Source: Lama guanicoe
Lineage: Eukaryota
Assembly (NCBI GenBank): GCA_013239625.1
Contig: MU054120.1
Location: 124,001 to 188,000 of the forward strand
Reading direction: 5' to 3'
Length of the DNA stretch: 64,000 nucleotides
Shown one piece after another: positions 1-14,720 of the stretch. The notes under the pieces were generated by a model, which was given only the letters and a program-made list of their open reading frames with translations, did not search any database and was not told the origin of the DNA. Position numbers and translations under genes: made by a program. Position 1 is the first letter of the stretch, and each line of letters begins with the position of its first letter.

Positions 1-199
1 GTGGACTTTCATCCCTGTACAGTTGACCTATCCATTTCTTTCTTTTCTGAAACAGGGGCCTAACACAACATCTCTGCTGGTGATTTTCACATTTAAGCAC
101 AAAGTATAGAGAATCTCTGACTCTAAAATTATCTTCTTAGTTATTTTAATTAAATTAACATTTCTTTTGGCCTTGTATTTTAGACACTGAGAAACAAGA

Positions 200-430
200 T
201 AGCATAATGGTCGAAGGGAAATTTGAGAAACCAATCGCTTGGGTTCAAAGTCCAGCTCTGCCACTTATTTTATGACTTTCAACAAGTTTTTCAAACTCCC
301 TGTTATTTGGCTTCCTGATCTGTAAAATAGGGATAATAATTTTCTATCACGGGGTAATTAGAAGAATTAACAAGTTAGAAGAGTTAAACACAAGAAAAGT
401 GTCAGATACACAGCAAACAGCATGCGTGAG
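200..430 (+). mobile_element. MIR SINE, degenerate
   Basis: MIR core motifs ttgggttcaaagtccagctctgccactta...ttcctgatctgtaaaatagggataata. Confidence 0.75.
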
Positions 431-1104
431 GCATATTTTCACTGGCCTTTGAACATCTGGTTTTGGACTATTCTAAGCACTTTACCTAAATTTTTCTGGT
501 TTGATAATAGCAATTCTACTATATGGTAACAGGAAATCAACACTAGACTTAACTTACAAATATGAACTAAGCACTTACAAAAATAAAATTGATGAAAATG
601 TTCTAGTAAACTTTTGCCTAACAATTGATGTAGCAATATTCTCTTGGGCACACCTGCCACTGTAATATGTTTAGAGAATAAAACTATATAAGATCTTTGA
701 ATTGCAATTTCCACTATTTCAAATTGCAAATTACTTCATCTCTGACACTTGTCACATTCTATGTGTTATGTCTTATTAGGCCATTATCATAGACTGCCAA
801 GTAGGAAGGAAAAACGTTCAATTATTTTTTCTCAGAAGGATTATAGGAAAGGAAATCTTCACCATTTGTAGAGCAACTAATGTATCTCACTAGCATGCAA
901 GGAGGGCAAGGGGTTCTAATGAACTCTGGCTGTTCAATCTATGTTATTAGAAATGTATCTTGGAAAAAACTCAAATCATAGGAATTTAAAGAATTTTTTA
1001 AAAGCTTAGTCAAACTGTTACAAATTTGATGGTAGATTTTTCTCTCATTGTGATGTCAGGAATTACCATAATATTTTACGATTGTTTTTCCAAATTAACA
1101 CTGG

Positions 1105-1330
1105 TCTAGGCACAGTGCTAACCACTTTACATTAATTGTCTTTTTTAATCCTCGTATAACAATATTATATGCTACTATTGTTAACCCTCACTAAATTAAT
1201 GAAGCACCCAAAGCTCAGAGAGGCTGAGATTTGGCCAAGATTACCCAGCTAATAAGTAGCTAGTAAGCAAACAAAGTTAGTCTCAGTAGTCTGTCTCTAG
1301 CGTCTATATTCTTAAACTTTTTGTGATACT
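1105..1330 (-). mobile_element. MIR SINE, degenerate
   Basis: ggcacagtgctaaccactttaca...tttaatcctc...gctcagagaggctgagatttggccaagattacccagcta is the reverse MIR pattern. Confidence 0.7.
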
Positions 1331-1847
1331 GCCTTTTTAAGTATTTATTAACAATAGTCAAATATCAATTTTTTTCTTTAATATAAAATTATTTTTATTC
1401 CAATGTTCTGAAAAGTCTTGATTTGAGTACAGAGATTTTACATTCTTCCGAGTATGGGGTCTGATACCAGATCCTGAAAAAGAACTTTAATTTAATTCAC
1501 AGAACAACTACATTTGACATCTAATTACCTGTTTAGAATCTACTTATTCAGAATTGAAAAAGATTTATTGTTTATTTGTTCATTTTACTTTGCCCAGCTG
1601 TTCCATAGAAGGAGCAATAATAAATAAACATTATTTCAAATAATATTATAAGCAATAGGAAAATTTGACCCATTATTGACAAATGAACTTCCTATTTAAT
1701 AAATAACTTCCTGTTGAAGAGTTAGTGATACTTGTCTCTCCAGCATTTTGGAATATTTGTTTGTTTGTTTAATTTTGATGTCTTGTGTATAACAGAGGCA
1801 TTAAATAATTCTGACATGGCTTAATTTATGTTCTGTCACATAATAGG

Positions 1848-2010
1848 ACTGCGTCACCTTTGCCAAGTTCTGTCTTGCTAAGCCTCAGTTTCCTCTTCTA
1901 TAAAAGGCGAGAAATAAAACTTACCTCATGGGATTACTGTGAGGTATAAATAATATGATGAGCGTAAAGTAATCTTTATTGTTCTAGGCATAAAATTGCT
2001 GTTAAGTAAC
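1848..2010 (+). mobile_element. MIR SINE fragment
   Basis: ctaagcctcagtttcctcttctataaaag...acctcatgggattactgtgagg. Confidence 0.7.
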
Positions 2011-4234
2011 TAATCACTTGAAATACTAGGAGTCAGATAGGAATATTCAAAGTTGATATTTTCAAATAGAAGATCATTCTAGAAAATGAAAAGGAAATAA
2101 TGATTCTAATTCTGTCTCATCCATTACCTATAAGGATAGGAGTGCATATTTTCTTAGGTTAAGAATTGCTAACTTTTCAGAATGAAGACCTTTTAAAAAT
2201 CAAAACATTTGCAGATTCCCATACCAAAATAATTCGATAGACATTAATCATGACTTTTTTTATCATAATCTATATTTGGATAATGCATTTAATTATATTT
2301 ATCCTTTATTTATCTGAAGAATTCTCTTTACACTTTAAAAGATATAATATACATGTATGCAAGACCTAATATGCCTTCAACCTAGGAGGAAAAACCAATG
2401 TATATATGGATTTTTGCATGTATTCCTTGCAATAACACCAAGATCTCTATGAGTACATGTCCCTGTGCTCTAGAACCACTGATTTCAACTGTATATTTTG
2501 CATAATTAAAAGCATAAAATCCAAGATATGACTGTATTATCCCAAACAATGGTGTACTCACTATTTAAGTGAAAAAGACCTAAGATCATACCTTTGCTTT
2601 CCCACTGTTGTTGTTTTCATACACTGATACCAAGAACTTCTGGTGTCATCCTTCGAGTATCTTTGTTAAAAATGTGATATGAGACAAAGCCCGAGTGTCA
2701 GCCTTTGAAACATTCTGCATTATAAAAAAGACCCAGGAGAATTAAAATAGCAGGGAATTTCATCTGTACTACAGATGAAGCAAATCAAGTAGTTGACACA
2801 AGATATAGACAATGTAAGAGAGTAAATAGACCCTTCAGCTCTAGTCACTGTTGAATGCAGATTAGGATGTGTGACAGATACTGATGGTCACAGCTGCCTC
2901 TGCTCTGCCTAGCCTCGTAAAGCAGGACATCTGGATATGGACCACGTTGTCTGTCGGTCCTTCTGGAGGGCCATGGATCACAAACTCAGAGGCTGATGCA
3001 GCCAGCAATAATGACTACTCCACACACAGAAATACACAAACGGTGCCTGCCCTGGAAGGATTTGCAATTTTCTTAATCTGATAAAACGGTCAGGGAATAG
3101 AATTTTTAAAATAATTACATTTAGATTGTATGTTTGAGCTTATCACTTTTGTGTTCTCTACTAACTGTATCCAAAAAAGAATATTAATGGAAATGAGGTG
3201 CTCTGGTTTGAAATTTGAGAAGAGAAGTTTCATCCACCCCGAGGATGGGGCCTGGCAAAATGAAATGTCAGTTTGGAGTTAGATCTTGCAGAATGTTGAG
3301 CAGAGCAATCAAGGTGTATATATATATATATAAAATATATTATGCAGATATATTAGTCCTTGTTGCACAGAGTGTGGCAGAGTCACGGTGAAGGGCCTTC
3401 ATCCTGTCTTTAACATAGACTCACAATAGGTTCAGTAGCCTGGGTCTGGAACCCTATTATCCTATCTGGCAAAGGAAACCAGAGTGGGAAAGAAAGTTAT
3501 TTCAGGCACAAGATGTAATAACAGAGGTACTTTCTCAGTAGAGTTTTCCAACAATCTGGATTCATCTGGCGTTCTGTTCTGGGCTAGTTAGGCAGGGAGA
3601 GCCGCCTCAGTCACTTGGTAACAAAAGGAAGCTGGCAGGTGTAAGACATTTAGAAATTACCTTCCTTTTACAGCCAAAGGAAAGGGGGGTGGGGAGATGA
3701 AAGTAGAGATCAGCTGTCGTGCTATTAAGTCGCACCTTAAAGTTGACCCTAGGCAGGTGATCTGGGGAAATACTAATACTTCAGATGGAAAGTATTATGG
3801 GAGGACACAGAAGACAGAGTTAAGTTGCAGGTGAGGAAGTCTGAGAAGACAGCGATCGAGAAAGAGGCAGGGTAGAAGGTCAGCCCTGTAGGACACCGAC
3901 GATTTCCCAGTCAGTCTCCATGCATCTGTGCCTTGCCAACTGGACATTCCTTCCTAAAGAAACCACAGAATAAGCAAGAGGGTGAACCACAGGACTTATC
4001 CTCGAGGGTAAATCATAGCACACTGCATTTGACTTGTAACTGAATGCTTACCAACCAGCTTCTCAGTTACGCTGAGCATCCCTGAGTCTTGGTGATCTCT
4101 GTATCCTCAGTGCCTAAGACTGTTTAACTCTTGAAAATTCCCAACAAGTATATGTGGAATATATAAAATATTAAATTGATGAAAGGGTAGTTTAGAAAAA
4201 TCCTGCTTTCTCACTTCTCAGATATATATATATT

Positions 4235-5988
4235 TTAAAACATTTTTTATTGATTTATAATCATTTTACAATATTGTGTCAAATTCCAGTGTTCAGCACA
4301 ATTTTTCAGTCATACATGGACATATACACACTCATTATCACATTTTTTCATTTATGATTCCCTGTGCTGTACAGTATAATCTTGTTTATCCATTCTACAA
4401 TTTTGAAATCCCAGTCTATCCCTTCCCACCCTCCACCCCCCTGGCAACCACAAGTCTGTATTCTATGTCTATGAGTCTATTTCTGTCCTGTACTGACGCT
4501 TTGTTTTTGTTTGTTTGTTTTTGTTTTTTAGATTTCACATATGAGCGATCTCATATGGTATTTTTCTTTCTCCTTCTGGCTTACTTCACTTAGAATGACA
4601 TTCTCCAGGAGCATCCATGTTGCTGCAAATGGCGTTATGTTGTCGGTTTTTATGGCTGAATAGTATTCCATGTATAAATATACCACCTCTTCTTTATCCA
4701 GTCACCTGTTGATGGACATTTAGGCTGTTTCCATGTTTTGGCTATTGTAAATAGTGCTGCTATAAACATTGGGGTGCAGGTGTCATCCTGAAGTAAGGTT
4801 CCTTCTGGATATAAGCCCAGGAGTGGGATTCCTGGGCCATACGGTAAGTCTATTCCTAGTCTTTTGGGGAATCTCCACACTGTTTTCCACAGTGGCTGCA
4901 CCAAACTGCATCCCCACCAGCAGTGCAGGAGGGTTCTCCTTTCTCCACAGACTCTCCAGCATTTGTCATTTGTGGATTTTTGAATGACGGCCATTCTGAC
5001 TGGTGTGAGGTGATACCTCATTGTAGTTTTGATTTGCATTTCTCTGATAATTAGTGATATTGAGCATTTTTTCATGTGCCTTTTGATCATTTGTATGTCT
5101 TCCTTGGAGAATTGCTTGTTTAGGTCTTCTGCCCATTTTTGGATTGGGTTGTTTATTTTTTTCTTATTGAGTCGTATGAGCTGCTTATATATTCTGGAGA
5201 TCAAGCCTTTGTTGGTTTCATTTGAAAAAATTTTCTCCCATGCCGTAGGTTGTCTTTTTGTTTTCCTTCTGGTTTCCTTTGCTGTGCAGAAGCTTGTAAG
5301 TTTCATTAGGTCCCATTTGTTTATTCTTGCTTTTACTTCTATTAGGAGAACATTTTTGAAATGTATGTCAGATAATGTTTTGCCTATGTTTTCGTCTAGG
5401 AGGTTTTTTGTATCTTGTTTTATGTTTAAATCTTTGATCCATCTTGAGTTGATTTTTGTATATGGTGTAGGGAGTGTTCTAGCTTCATTGCTTTACATGC
5501 TGCTGTCCAGTTTTCCTAACACCATTTGCTGAAGAGACTGTCTTTATTCCATTGTATCTTCTTGCCTCCTTTGTCGAAGATTAGTTGACCAAAAGTTTGT
5601 GGGTTCATTTCTGGGCTCTCTATTCTGTTTCATTGGTCTATATGTCTGTTTTGGTACCAATACCATGCTGTCTTGATGACTGTAGCTCTATAGTATTGTC
5701 TGAAGTCTGGGAGAGTTATTCCTCCAGCCTCTTTCTTTTTCTTCAGTAATGCTTTGGCAATTCTAGGTCTTTGATGGTTCCATATAAATTTTATTATGAT
5801 TTGTTCTAGTTCTGTGAAATATGTCTTGGGTAATTGGATAGGGATTGCATTAAATCTGTAGATTGCCTTGGGCATTGTGACCATTTTAACAATATTGATT
5901 CTTCCAATCCAAGAGCATGGGATATCTTTCTATTTTTTAAAGTCTTCTTTAATTTCCTTCATCAATGGTTGATAGTTTTCTGTGTATA
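4235..5988 (-). mobile_element. 5'-truncated, relatively young lineage-specific L1 (ORF2 3' part + 3'UTR)
   Basis: ORFs 5630-5884 and 4650-5306 translate to L1 ORF2p C-terminal sequence ([71 protein letters not shown]). The 3'UTR with AATAAA (minus strand) ends at ~4240. Frameshifts and small deletions are present. Confidence 0.97.
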
Positions 5989-7555
5989 TTTTTAAAACAA
6001 TTTGATACCAAACTTTATTTTTACTCATTAAGGTTATGATCATAGACATTCTGGCATTCCAGCATGTTTGAATTAAAAAATGCAAATATCTCGTTCTCTG
6101 ACTGCAGAGACCACTCAGGCCCGCAGAGGCTTCTACACTATAATGAATGGGGTTTTCAATTTGCACAACAAAATGGCAAAACTAATAGTTCTTACTTCTG
6201 CCACTTCTTTTGAACTCTTTCAAGTTAAAGAGGTTCTGCAAAAAAAAAATGTATTTACTACAATTTAAGGTAACACTTCGAAATCTGATTTGTCAGGAAA
6301 CATTAAAAGTCATGGACTAGACATATACAAACATAGTCATGTCTTGTTTTGAATCTATAGATGAATAGGCATTTTTAAAATGAAAAGCTTTAGAGCTTGG
6401 ATATTTTTGTTTCTGTCACTATGTTATAAATTTTCTGTACAGTGATTAAAAAAAAAAGAAGAGCTTTAAATGAACTGTGGATTTCCAAATGTGATTTGTG
6501 AAGTCTCTCCTTGATTGGTGATGATCGTTCTATTCCATGTACAGTGAATACTAGTTCTCATGGCTCCATCCCATCTAATTATTACGTGGCCACCACTTAC
6601 GCTTACCTGTGCTCCCGTCTCTCCACAATGACATCCCTCATAATGTGCCAGAGTCCCTTGACTCTTTATGTCATTTATTTCTTCTGCCCGAGTAGGCATT
6701 GAATTATCTCACCACTTCAGAGAAGCTAAATTGGAATGGAAGTATTCAATGAACTGAGACCTCATTAATAATACTAAAATATTTTTCTTATAATTCTGTT
6801 TCCCTGATAAAAGTTTGAGAGGTTAAAATTTAAAAATCAATATTAACATGAATACTCAATTGGTATTAATATATGAACCACAGAAGACAATCCAGTCCAC
6901 CTCCGCTAAAATTATGATAACAAATAAGTTCACAGTTGGTGACCATTTGCTTCCGTATATTATACTTTGTATACTCAGGTATGCCGTGGAGTACTCACAT
7001 TTGGAATTGCAGTCCCTCAAAAGCCATGGCCATGTGCAGTTCCTTCTTCTCACTCATAGATGAGACCAGTTGATAAGTTTTCATAGTAATATATTTTTAA
7101 TTACCCCTTGCCTTCTCTCTTTTATATATTAAGTATTCTTCGCCATTCAGCCAGAATCCAAAAATTGTTCAGCTTCTTGATGTCACTAATCAGCTGTGGA
7201 ATATAAGTGCATACTGTTGAGAGGTATATACCCTCGGATTTCATTTCACCACATAATGATTAAAAATACAAATTGTTTATCGCTGCAACTTTGATTGTAT
7301 GTGCACTTTCTGTTAATAATAATTCACATCAAAGACCATTGCTTAAGGTTGGAAAAATAGGAACAAAGCTCAGGAATTAAATGAAACAGCAGAACTCTAT
7401 GTGACAGTGTTATCAGCTATAGTTATTGCTTTGGATTCTCCTCAGTACAAAACCTGGATGGTGCTATAACAGCTCCAGGTTGGAGTCAGTTTCAAAATAC
7501 TACCAAATATCAACCATCTGTACTTAGTTGAACCAAATGTTAAACACAGAGATGA

Positions 7556-7569
7556 AATATGTGTATGTG

Positions 7570-7616
<47 letters not shown>

Positions 7617-7662
7617 GTATATGTATATATATACACACACACACACACACATACATATATAT
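7556..7662. repeat. Compound (TA)n/(TG)n/(CA)n microsatellite
   Basis: Directly visible alternating purine-pyrimidine tract. Confidence 0.95.
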
Positions 7663-10299
7663 GATATTCAAGAGAAATAGGGCACCACTTTTTGGCAAAA
7701 AGAAAAACAGGCGTAAAATTGAATGTTACATTGCATTAGTTCACATTCCTTGTAGTCACCAATTGATCTTTTATAAAAACAAATAAAAATTATGGACTGA
7801 AGAGACTATCAAACATTCAGAGGAACAACAGTGACATGTTTGGTAAATAAAATTGCATTTGGTGGTTTTTCTGAATAGAAATATCCACAGAAAGAGCAGC
7901 GAGAGCTCTCTTGCTGTCAGTGGGCTGCAGGATACATGGCTGTCAGACATTGCCTAGTTACCATTTTTCAAATTCATAGACTTCTAATAAGATTGTAACC
8001 TTCAGACAACATTTAAAATAAATTCCACTTTTTTTCCTGCTGGACACAATTTATCAGTTTCTAGAAAATGTACAGTCACACAAAAAGGAGTGTATTAGAA
8101 GGATTCAGTTGAAATTTTCGAGATGTTGTAGACTTTGGGAGAAAAATAAAAGGACTAAGTTTGAAATAATAATAATATCCCTCGGGTCAGGCATTTCCTG
8201 TCAGTTAATGAATAACTGGGCTAGAGAGCCCCAAGGCATAGCTTACTCCTTAAACAGGTCATGAAGAGCTGATAAGGGTTTCATATTGACATTTTCTGTG
8301 GTTTCCCACTAGTCTCTTTTTAAAGCTCTGGTTGCTATTGATTGACTTCCCTATGTTCCCTTTTAGATATTCTTCTCAAGAAATACGCTTTCATGGATTT
8401 GTGTGTGTGTGCACAAAGAGAGAAATGTGACCCCAGGAAAATATCCTGGGGCCACAGTAATAGGTGTTATGCAAGATGTCTGCCGTTCTCTGGAGAATGA
8501 GGATTGAAAGTGGTGAGGGCAGGGAGAGATGCAGTAAGCCTGCGTTTCTAAACCAAAAATAAAAAAGGATATGTTCCACCAATAGTGGCAATTTTAAACC
8601 TTCATGTATTACCTTCTCAAAAAGGATTTGGGGTTAATTGAATGGGGCTTTGGGCCCCATGCCAGCTGTTCTTATTATCATATTTTCAGATTTTTAATCA
8701 GTTGCAAAGAGTTACATGCAAGCTCTTTCCAAATATTTGGGAAACTTTACCACAGGAGCTAATTTATTGATAACAGAATCTGGAGGCTACTAAGATAGTT
8801 TAAATATCTTTCTAAGCTCCTCATATTCCAAAATATGAGAATTATGTATGTAAAAAGACATTTTTAGGTTATCCTAGCTAAGAGTCTCATTTTCAGAAGG
8901 GCAAGCTGAGCTGCAGAGTGATTGACTTGCCTAAGGTCAGAGATGCAAAAATACCACTGGAAGAAATTGCAGGTATCAGTCCGTAGAGGGATTGTTTGTG
9001 CATTATTGTTGAAAGTCAAATCAGTTTTTTTAAGACTCAAAGATGGATTCAGATTGCAAGGTAGGTACCAGTTACCTAAGATCTTACCCTTTTTTTTAAT
9101 GTGCATTTCCTTTATTATCAATGGCAGCATAATATTCACATTGTCCTGTATCTTTTTACACTTTATATATATATCGGTGCATATTCCATATCAATACACA
9201 TAGAATTACCCCATTCTTTTTAACAATGGCAAATGTTCTTTTTGTTTTTCTTTGTAAAGGAAAAGAGTCATTTATTAAAAAATGTTTAGGTCAAAGATAC
9301 TATAAACAAAAGAAAAATATTATAAAAAAATATTACCGTAAACAAAATATTGTGGGAAATATTTGTAATATATAAGACAAAGGTTAATATGTGTAGTATG
9401 CAACGAATGCATACAAATTTATAGGAAGAAGAAAAACTCCTAAGACCCAATTCTTTATGTGCAGAAACAAAGATAAGGAATAAAGTGAAAGGATCAGACA
9501 GGTCCAGTAATGACCTTGTGGGAGCAGGAAGACTGATCCCCAGATTTTAAGCTGTTTAGGAATATCCTTTTTACAGATCAGTGTTTTGTACCATATATCC
9601 CATCCCAATTGTTCCCTTAAGGTATCTGGCAGATAATCAATCAAATAATACATACACATGTACATCTAAACATGCATATGCACAAAAGACCCATGTTTAC
9701 ACATGTACGTAAACAAATAAATAGATACTTGAAATACGTTTATAAAGCCAAACTCAAATAAGTTTAAGAAATGCTGCAAATCAGATCCTTCCTAAGAGAC
9801 TGCCACTGAAATACTAATGAAAATCTGTGAGAATTCTGCAGTTACAAAGGCTGTGTGAACTCAGGACAAAAAAAAACCCCTTCCCCGCCTCAGGCCTGCA
9901 CACACCGATTTTCACCTGCTGTACTTACTGTTTCCTTAGCTTCTGCTGACCTGGGAACCCTTTTTGTTATGTCTATTAAAATTCTGTAGAAATCGTACCC
10001 CCCAAAAGCATGTTTGAGAAAATAATGTCTTAAGCGTTCACCTTCATGCATAGAACAATTTGGGATGGAGAAATGAAGAGATAAAATGTGAACAAAGGCA
10101 ATGAACACCATACATCCTGCTTCTTTCTTCCACAGTAGCCCTTCTCAGCAAGCAGTCCTCTTTTTTGAGCAATGTCATCAACTTGATATGCTTCTGTTCT
10201 GGTTCAGAGAGAAACCTTCCTTAGATTTTGCTCCTATGTAGCCTAGGACACAGTATAGCACAATAATTAGGGTGGCTAAAGAGAAAAACCAACCTGGGT

Positions 10300-10510
10300 G
10301 ACTGAAAGAACTGCATTTCTGAGCCTTGAGTTTCTCCTGGAGGTTGAAGTGTACAGATAGAATTTTTAGAGATTGCCTCGTGCCCTACACAATTTAAAGT
10401 CGTGCTCTATAATTCATAAAAAAAATTGTTGTGAAGATCAAATGAGACACTACACACAAAGTTGTTAGCACAGGGCCTAACACAAAACACTCACTGAATA
10501 TTTGCACTGA
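10300..10510 (+). mobile_element. MIR SINE fragment
   Basis: tctgagccttgagtttctcc...ttgttgtgaagatcaaatgagac...aaagttgttagcacagggcctaacaca. Confidence 0.55.
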
Positions 10511-12315
10511 CAATAAGAATGTCCATTCACAAATTAAGATGCAGAACAGAGTTAATTTTTCCAGGATCCATCTTTCATTAAAACAATTTCATTTCTTTTT
10601 TGACATCCCCACCCTGCTCCACCCCAATACCAACGTGCCAGGATGGCAGGACATTTAACTGCACTTGATATCCATGGTTTAGTTTCCACTGTGTTGCCAC
10701 AGCTCCAGGGCTTAATCCCATTCGAACGCTTGTGGGTGAGTTCAGTAGCTGGAAGCATCTGGTGGTTGGCCTTTCACACAGGCTGCTATTCAAGTGTCCA
10801 GGCTTCTTCAGTTCCAGTGATTCTATTGCTGCTTCTGTGTAGTACATGGGGCTTGGAAATGACTCTGTTGCTACTTCTATGCCAAATACGGGACTTGGGA
10901 GCCCCATCTGGCCAGACACGTCCTGCAGTCATCTCTCCAGTCTTGCTATTTCCATGGCACCATCACTGGGCAGCAGGCTACAAAGACCAGGAACCCTCAG
11001 AGCTCCAGATGTCTCAGCCTGTCTCTGCTCGTTTTCCTCTCTCTTTCTTCACAGCGAGGGAGAATCTCTCTTGATAATCTGTTGGAAACTGATTTCTGTT
11101 CTCCCAGACGGTTTGTCTGTATCTAAGAATTCCCTTTGGCTTTTGAAACCAAAACAATAGAATAGAGAAACTTAAAGGTGAACTTGATTTTCCACCCTGC
11201 CTCCTCCCCATGTATTATCCTACCCAAATTATTTGTACTAATTATTCTGTGAAGGTGCTGGTGTAATAATCAGAAACTCTTTGGAGCTTTGGCTGGTTCT
11301 AACCCAGACACACCTTTTCAGCTCTGCCTTCAACTATGTAGAGAGAGATCCATTCTCTCCAATCCTCTGGCCTTGTCAGAGCGCCTACTCAACTCTTCCT
11401 GTGTACCTTTTCTCTAATTGCTTCCTTCCTACTAGGCTGTGTTCTTTTCCTATCCTGGAATTATCTTCCCACCTCACTTCACCCTTAGATTTCTTATTCC
11501 ACTATCGTTATTCATCTCTTGGTGGGAAGTACTGATCAGCTCTGGCAGAAGAGTTCCACAGGGCTAAAAATGACTGAAGCTGTCTCACAAATGGAGCCTC
11601 AGAGAAAACGAAAATGAGGGATCGTGTAGAGATAAAAACCCGGAGACAAGCCAGAAAGTGTAGTCCAAGGTTTCCCAAATAAACTAGGCCAAAAGGGCAT
11701 ATGACAAGCCAGGAAGGATAGGGAGTCAGGGCCCGGGAGCTGAGAAAGAAGATCCAGGAGCAGACAAGAGCAAGCAGGTCATCACGGGCCAGCATCCTGA
11801 GACACAGCAGGATGGCCAACATCAACGCTCCAGTCACTGCATGTTACATGGATGGGGGCTCCTTCGGTTCAATGTGTTTTAAAATGTGTTTCAGTGTGTT
11901 TTAAAAGTCAATATCAATGCAGTAAGAAATGTCACTTACTACCAAATGAAAGTGTAAAAGATGATCCGGGAGGTTGTAGGCAGGCGTCTGCTGTTTTCCC
12001 CTCATCCAATACCCTGTATTTGTTTGTGCACTTCAACATACCACCACTGTGTCCAGTGCTAGCAACCTATGTGAGGTGGGTTTTACAGAGTCTGTAAACC
12101 CCTCCTGGTGGTGGAGTTTAGCCTTTTTACATAACACAGCCCAAGCAGTTACTTTTATACCCAGATATTTATGACGCTTGCTATTAATAAATTTTGCAAG
12201 CTGCAGAATAACAGGAAGGAGCTAAGACCATAGGTACAAAATCCTTCTTGCTTATTTATTCAGCATTCTGGATTGGTGCCTAGAAGATAATCTTTAAGAA
12301 TCCATAGAAAGGCAT

Positions 12316-12444
12316 ATTTACCTTTACGGAGACAAAACCCCAGGGGATAAAATACGACATTTTCATAAAAGTGACAGCAATCTCCGGGCTGATATAAGAG
12401 CTACGATAAATACATTTTATTGTCAAATTGTGCTCCAGAGGGTT
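12316..12444 (+). repeat. 129-bp direct repeat, copy 1 (probable donor)
   Basis: Matches 14400-14528 without gaps; 9 mismatches by manual alignment. Confidence 0.95.
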
Positions 12445-14399
12445 TTGCTTTTGTTTTGTTTTTGTTTTTGTTTTTGTTTGTTAGGAGATTTCGAAAAAAA
12501 TTCTTTGTGCTTTAAGACTAGCCCTTGTCACAAATACACCTAGTCTGTATCACGGAGAGTTGTACCTTACTGATGTAACTAGATTTAAGTAAAACAAAAT
12601 GCTACTTGTTTTCTATTTAGCCCATCTGGGATTAAATTGGTTGGGTGATTTGATTTATTTTTTTCTTAAATGCCTTTGCATTAACTGAGAGGTGTTTTTT
12701 TTTAATATTCTATTTTATTTCCTCTGTTGATTTTTAGTTATACTTTTAAGAGGTCAATCTCAAACTAATAATATGTATCCTTAACTTACAACGTGTAGTA
12801 ACGGCTGCTATGCATTCATGTATCATGGAAGAACTTAACAATAGTATCTTTCGTTTACCTTGGTCCCGTATTTTGAGCTAATTTTGTCTCACATTTTACC
12901 TCTACATATATTATAAAAAGCCACAATGTATTATTATCTTTGATTTAAGAAATTGATTAAGTTTAAAAAAATTGAGAAAGGAGAAAAATGTGTTTCATAT
13001 TTGTCGATGTTTTCCATTTGTGATGCAGTTTTTTGTTTTGTGCAGATCTATCTATTTAGCTTCATTTTCCTTTGACTTAAATTTCTCTAATATGTCTTAC
13101 AGGGTTCTATTGGTGAAAAAGTTCTCTCAGCCTTTGTTTTTAGCTGAAAACCTATTTTCCTTTCATTTATTAAATTTATCTATCCTGTATAGATAACTCT
13201 AAGTTGATAGTTTTATTTTTGCAATGCTTTAAAGAAGGCTTTTCTTTGTTCCAGTCTGCACCATTTCTTATAAGTCCGCAATCAGGCCAATTGTTGATCC
13301 TCTGTATGTTGTGTGTTCATTTTCATTCTCTGGCTGTATTTAAGCTTTTATCTCTACTGTCATTTTCAAGCAGTGTAACTGTAATATCACATACTGTTTT
13401 TATGTTAATAACACTTGGGGACAATGAGCCTTTCAGATCTTTAAATTGAGAGTTTTACACAAATCTGAAAAATTTTCATCCATTAATTCTTTACATACAT
13501 TTCTTCTATTCCTCTTTTCCTTCTAAGACTTCAGCTAATTACGTTATACCACATCATATTGTCCACAGATCACTGAGGCTTTGTTCATTTTATCACCATT
13601 TCCTCTCTCTGCTTGTAGTTCAGATACCTCCTACTGCCCTGTCTCAGATTCACTGATCCCTTCTTCTGCAGTGTCCAACTTACTGTTAAGCCCCGCAGGT
13701 GAATTTTTTTTTTTTGCATAAATTGAGCTTCTGTTTACCCTTATACATGTCTCAATGGGTACTTCAACTTAATAACTGTGCCCATCCTTCCATTAAATCC
13801 CCCAACACTTTTAGAATAGTTGTTTGCTAACTACATGTTTCTCATATGTTGGTCAACTTTGATTGACTGATGTTTTCCCCAGTTTTGAGTAACATTTTCC
13901 TGTTCCTCACAGTAACCGTTTCTATTTTATGCTGAATGTTATAGATGTTATGTTGTTGATAATCTGAATATTGCTGTTTCCCCATAAAGATCGCTGTGTT
14001 TATTCTGATAAGCAGTAAATTTAGCTAGATAAGCAGAGCACCTTGGCACTTGCAAGTCTTGTTTTTAAGCTTTATAGAACAACCTTAACTCTAATGCTAG
14101 AGCAGTCCTACCCCTAAAAAGTAGTGTTTCCAGTATTTCAGCTGAGTCTCTCCAGTGTTTAGCACTATTTCTTTACTCCGGATCATCATAAATCAATGTC
14201 TCCCAGAAATGCATGATGCTCTAAACCTCTACTGAGAGCACAGATCCCTGGCAGCTATTCTCTGTTAGGTCTCATGGAGTTTCATCCCATAAGGGCTAGC
14301 TTAGTAATTCACTGAAGAATTAAGAGACCCCATTCAGATTTCTGCAGCAGACTTCTATGAACATCTTGCCTCCCTGACATACCCTGCCCAGGATATCTG

Positions 14400-14528
14400 A
14401 TTTACCTTTACGGAGACAAAACCCCAGGGGATAAAATATGACATTTTCATAAAAGTGACCATAATCTCCAGCCTGATATAAGAGATATGATAAATAAATT
14501 TTATTGTCAAATTGTGCTCCAGAGGGTT
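14400..14528 (+). repeat. 129-bp direct repeat, copy 2 (inserted into old L1 5'UTR)
   Basis: ~93% identical to 12316-12444, offset 2084 bp. Confidence 0.95.
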
Positions 14529-14720
14529 CTGCCCCAATCTCAGAACTTACCTTCCTCAGCTCAGCAAGATCACTCTGTTCTGCTGGAGTTCCACTTCCAT
14601 GGGCTGTGGTTCATGAAGTGCCTTTAAACAGAGAGCCTGGAAGATTATGGGCCATTGTGTGTTTCCCTTCTCTCAGAAATTAATCATGAGCTGTCTGTTG
14701 TCTGGGGACTGAAAACAGTT

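Noticed and set aside
4650..5306. Longest ORF (218 aa) as a host gene
   Set aside because: It is the C-terminus of L1 ORF2p in a 5'-truncated, frameshifted copy. The overlapping + strand ORFs (4769-4987, 5029-5532) are antisense artefacts.
6600..6700. Minus-strand CAG|GTAAGC donor within ORF 6466-6699
   Set aside because: Isolated donor with no convincing acceptor or recognisable peptide.
7442..7786. ORFs rich in Y/I/C/T/H
   Set aside because: They are translations of the (TA)/(CA) microsatellite.
10552..11211. Cluster of overlapping 65-143 aa ORFs on both strands and an acceptor-like site at ~11054
   Set aside because: No recognisable protein family and no matching strong donor; ORFs of this size are expected by chance in GC-richer patches.
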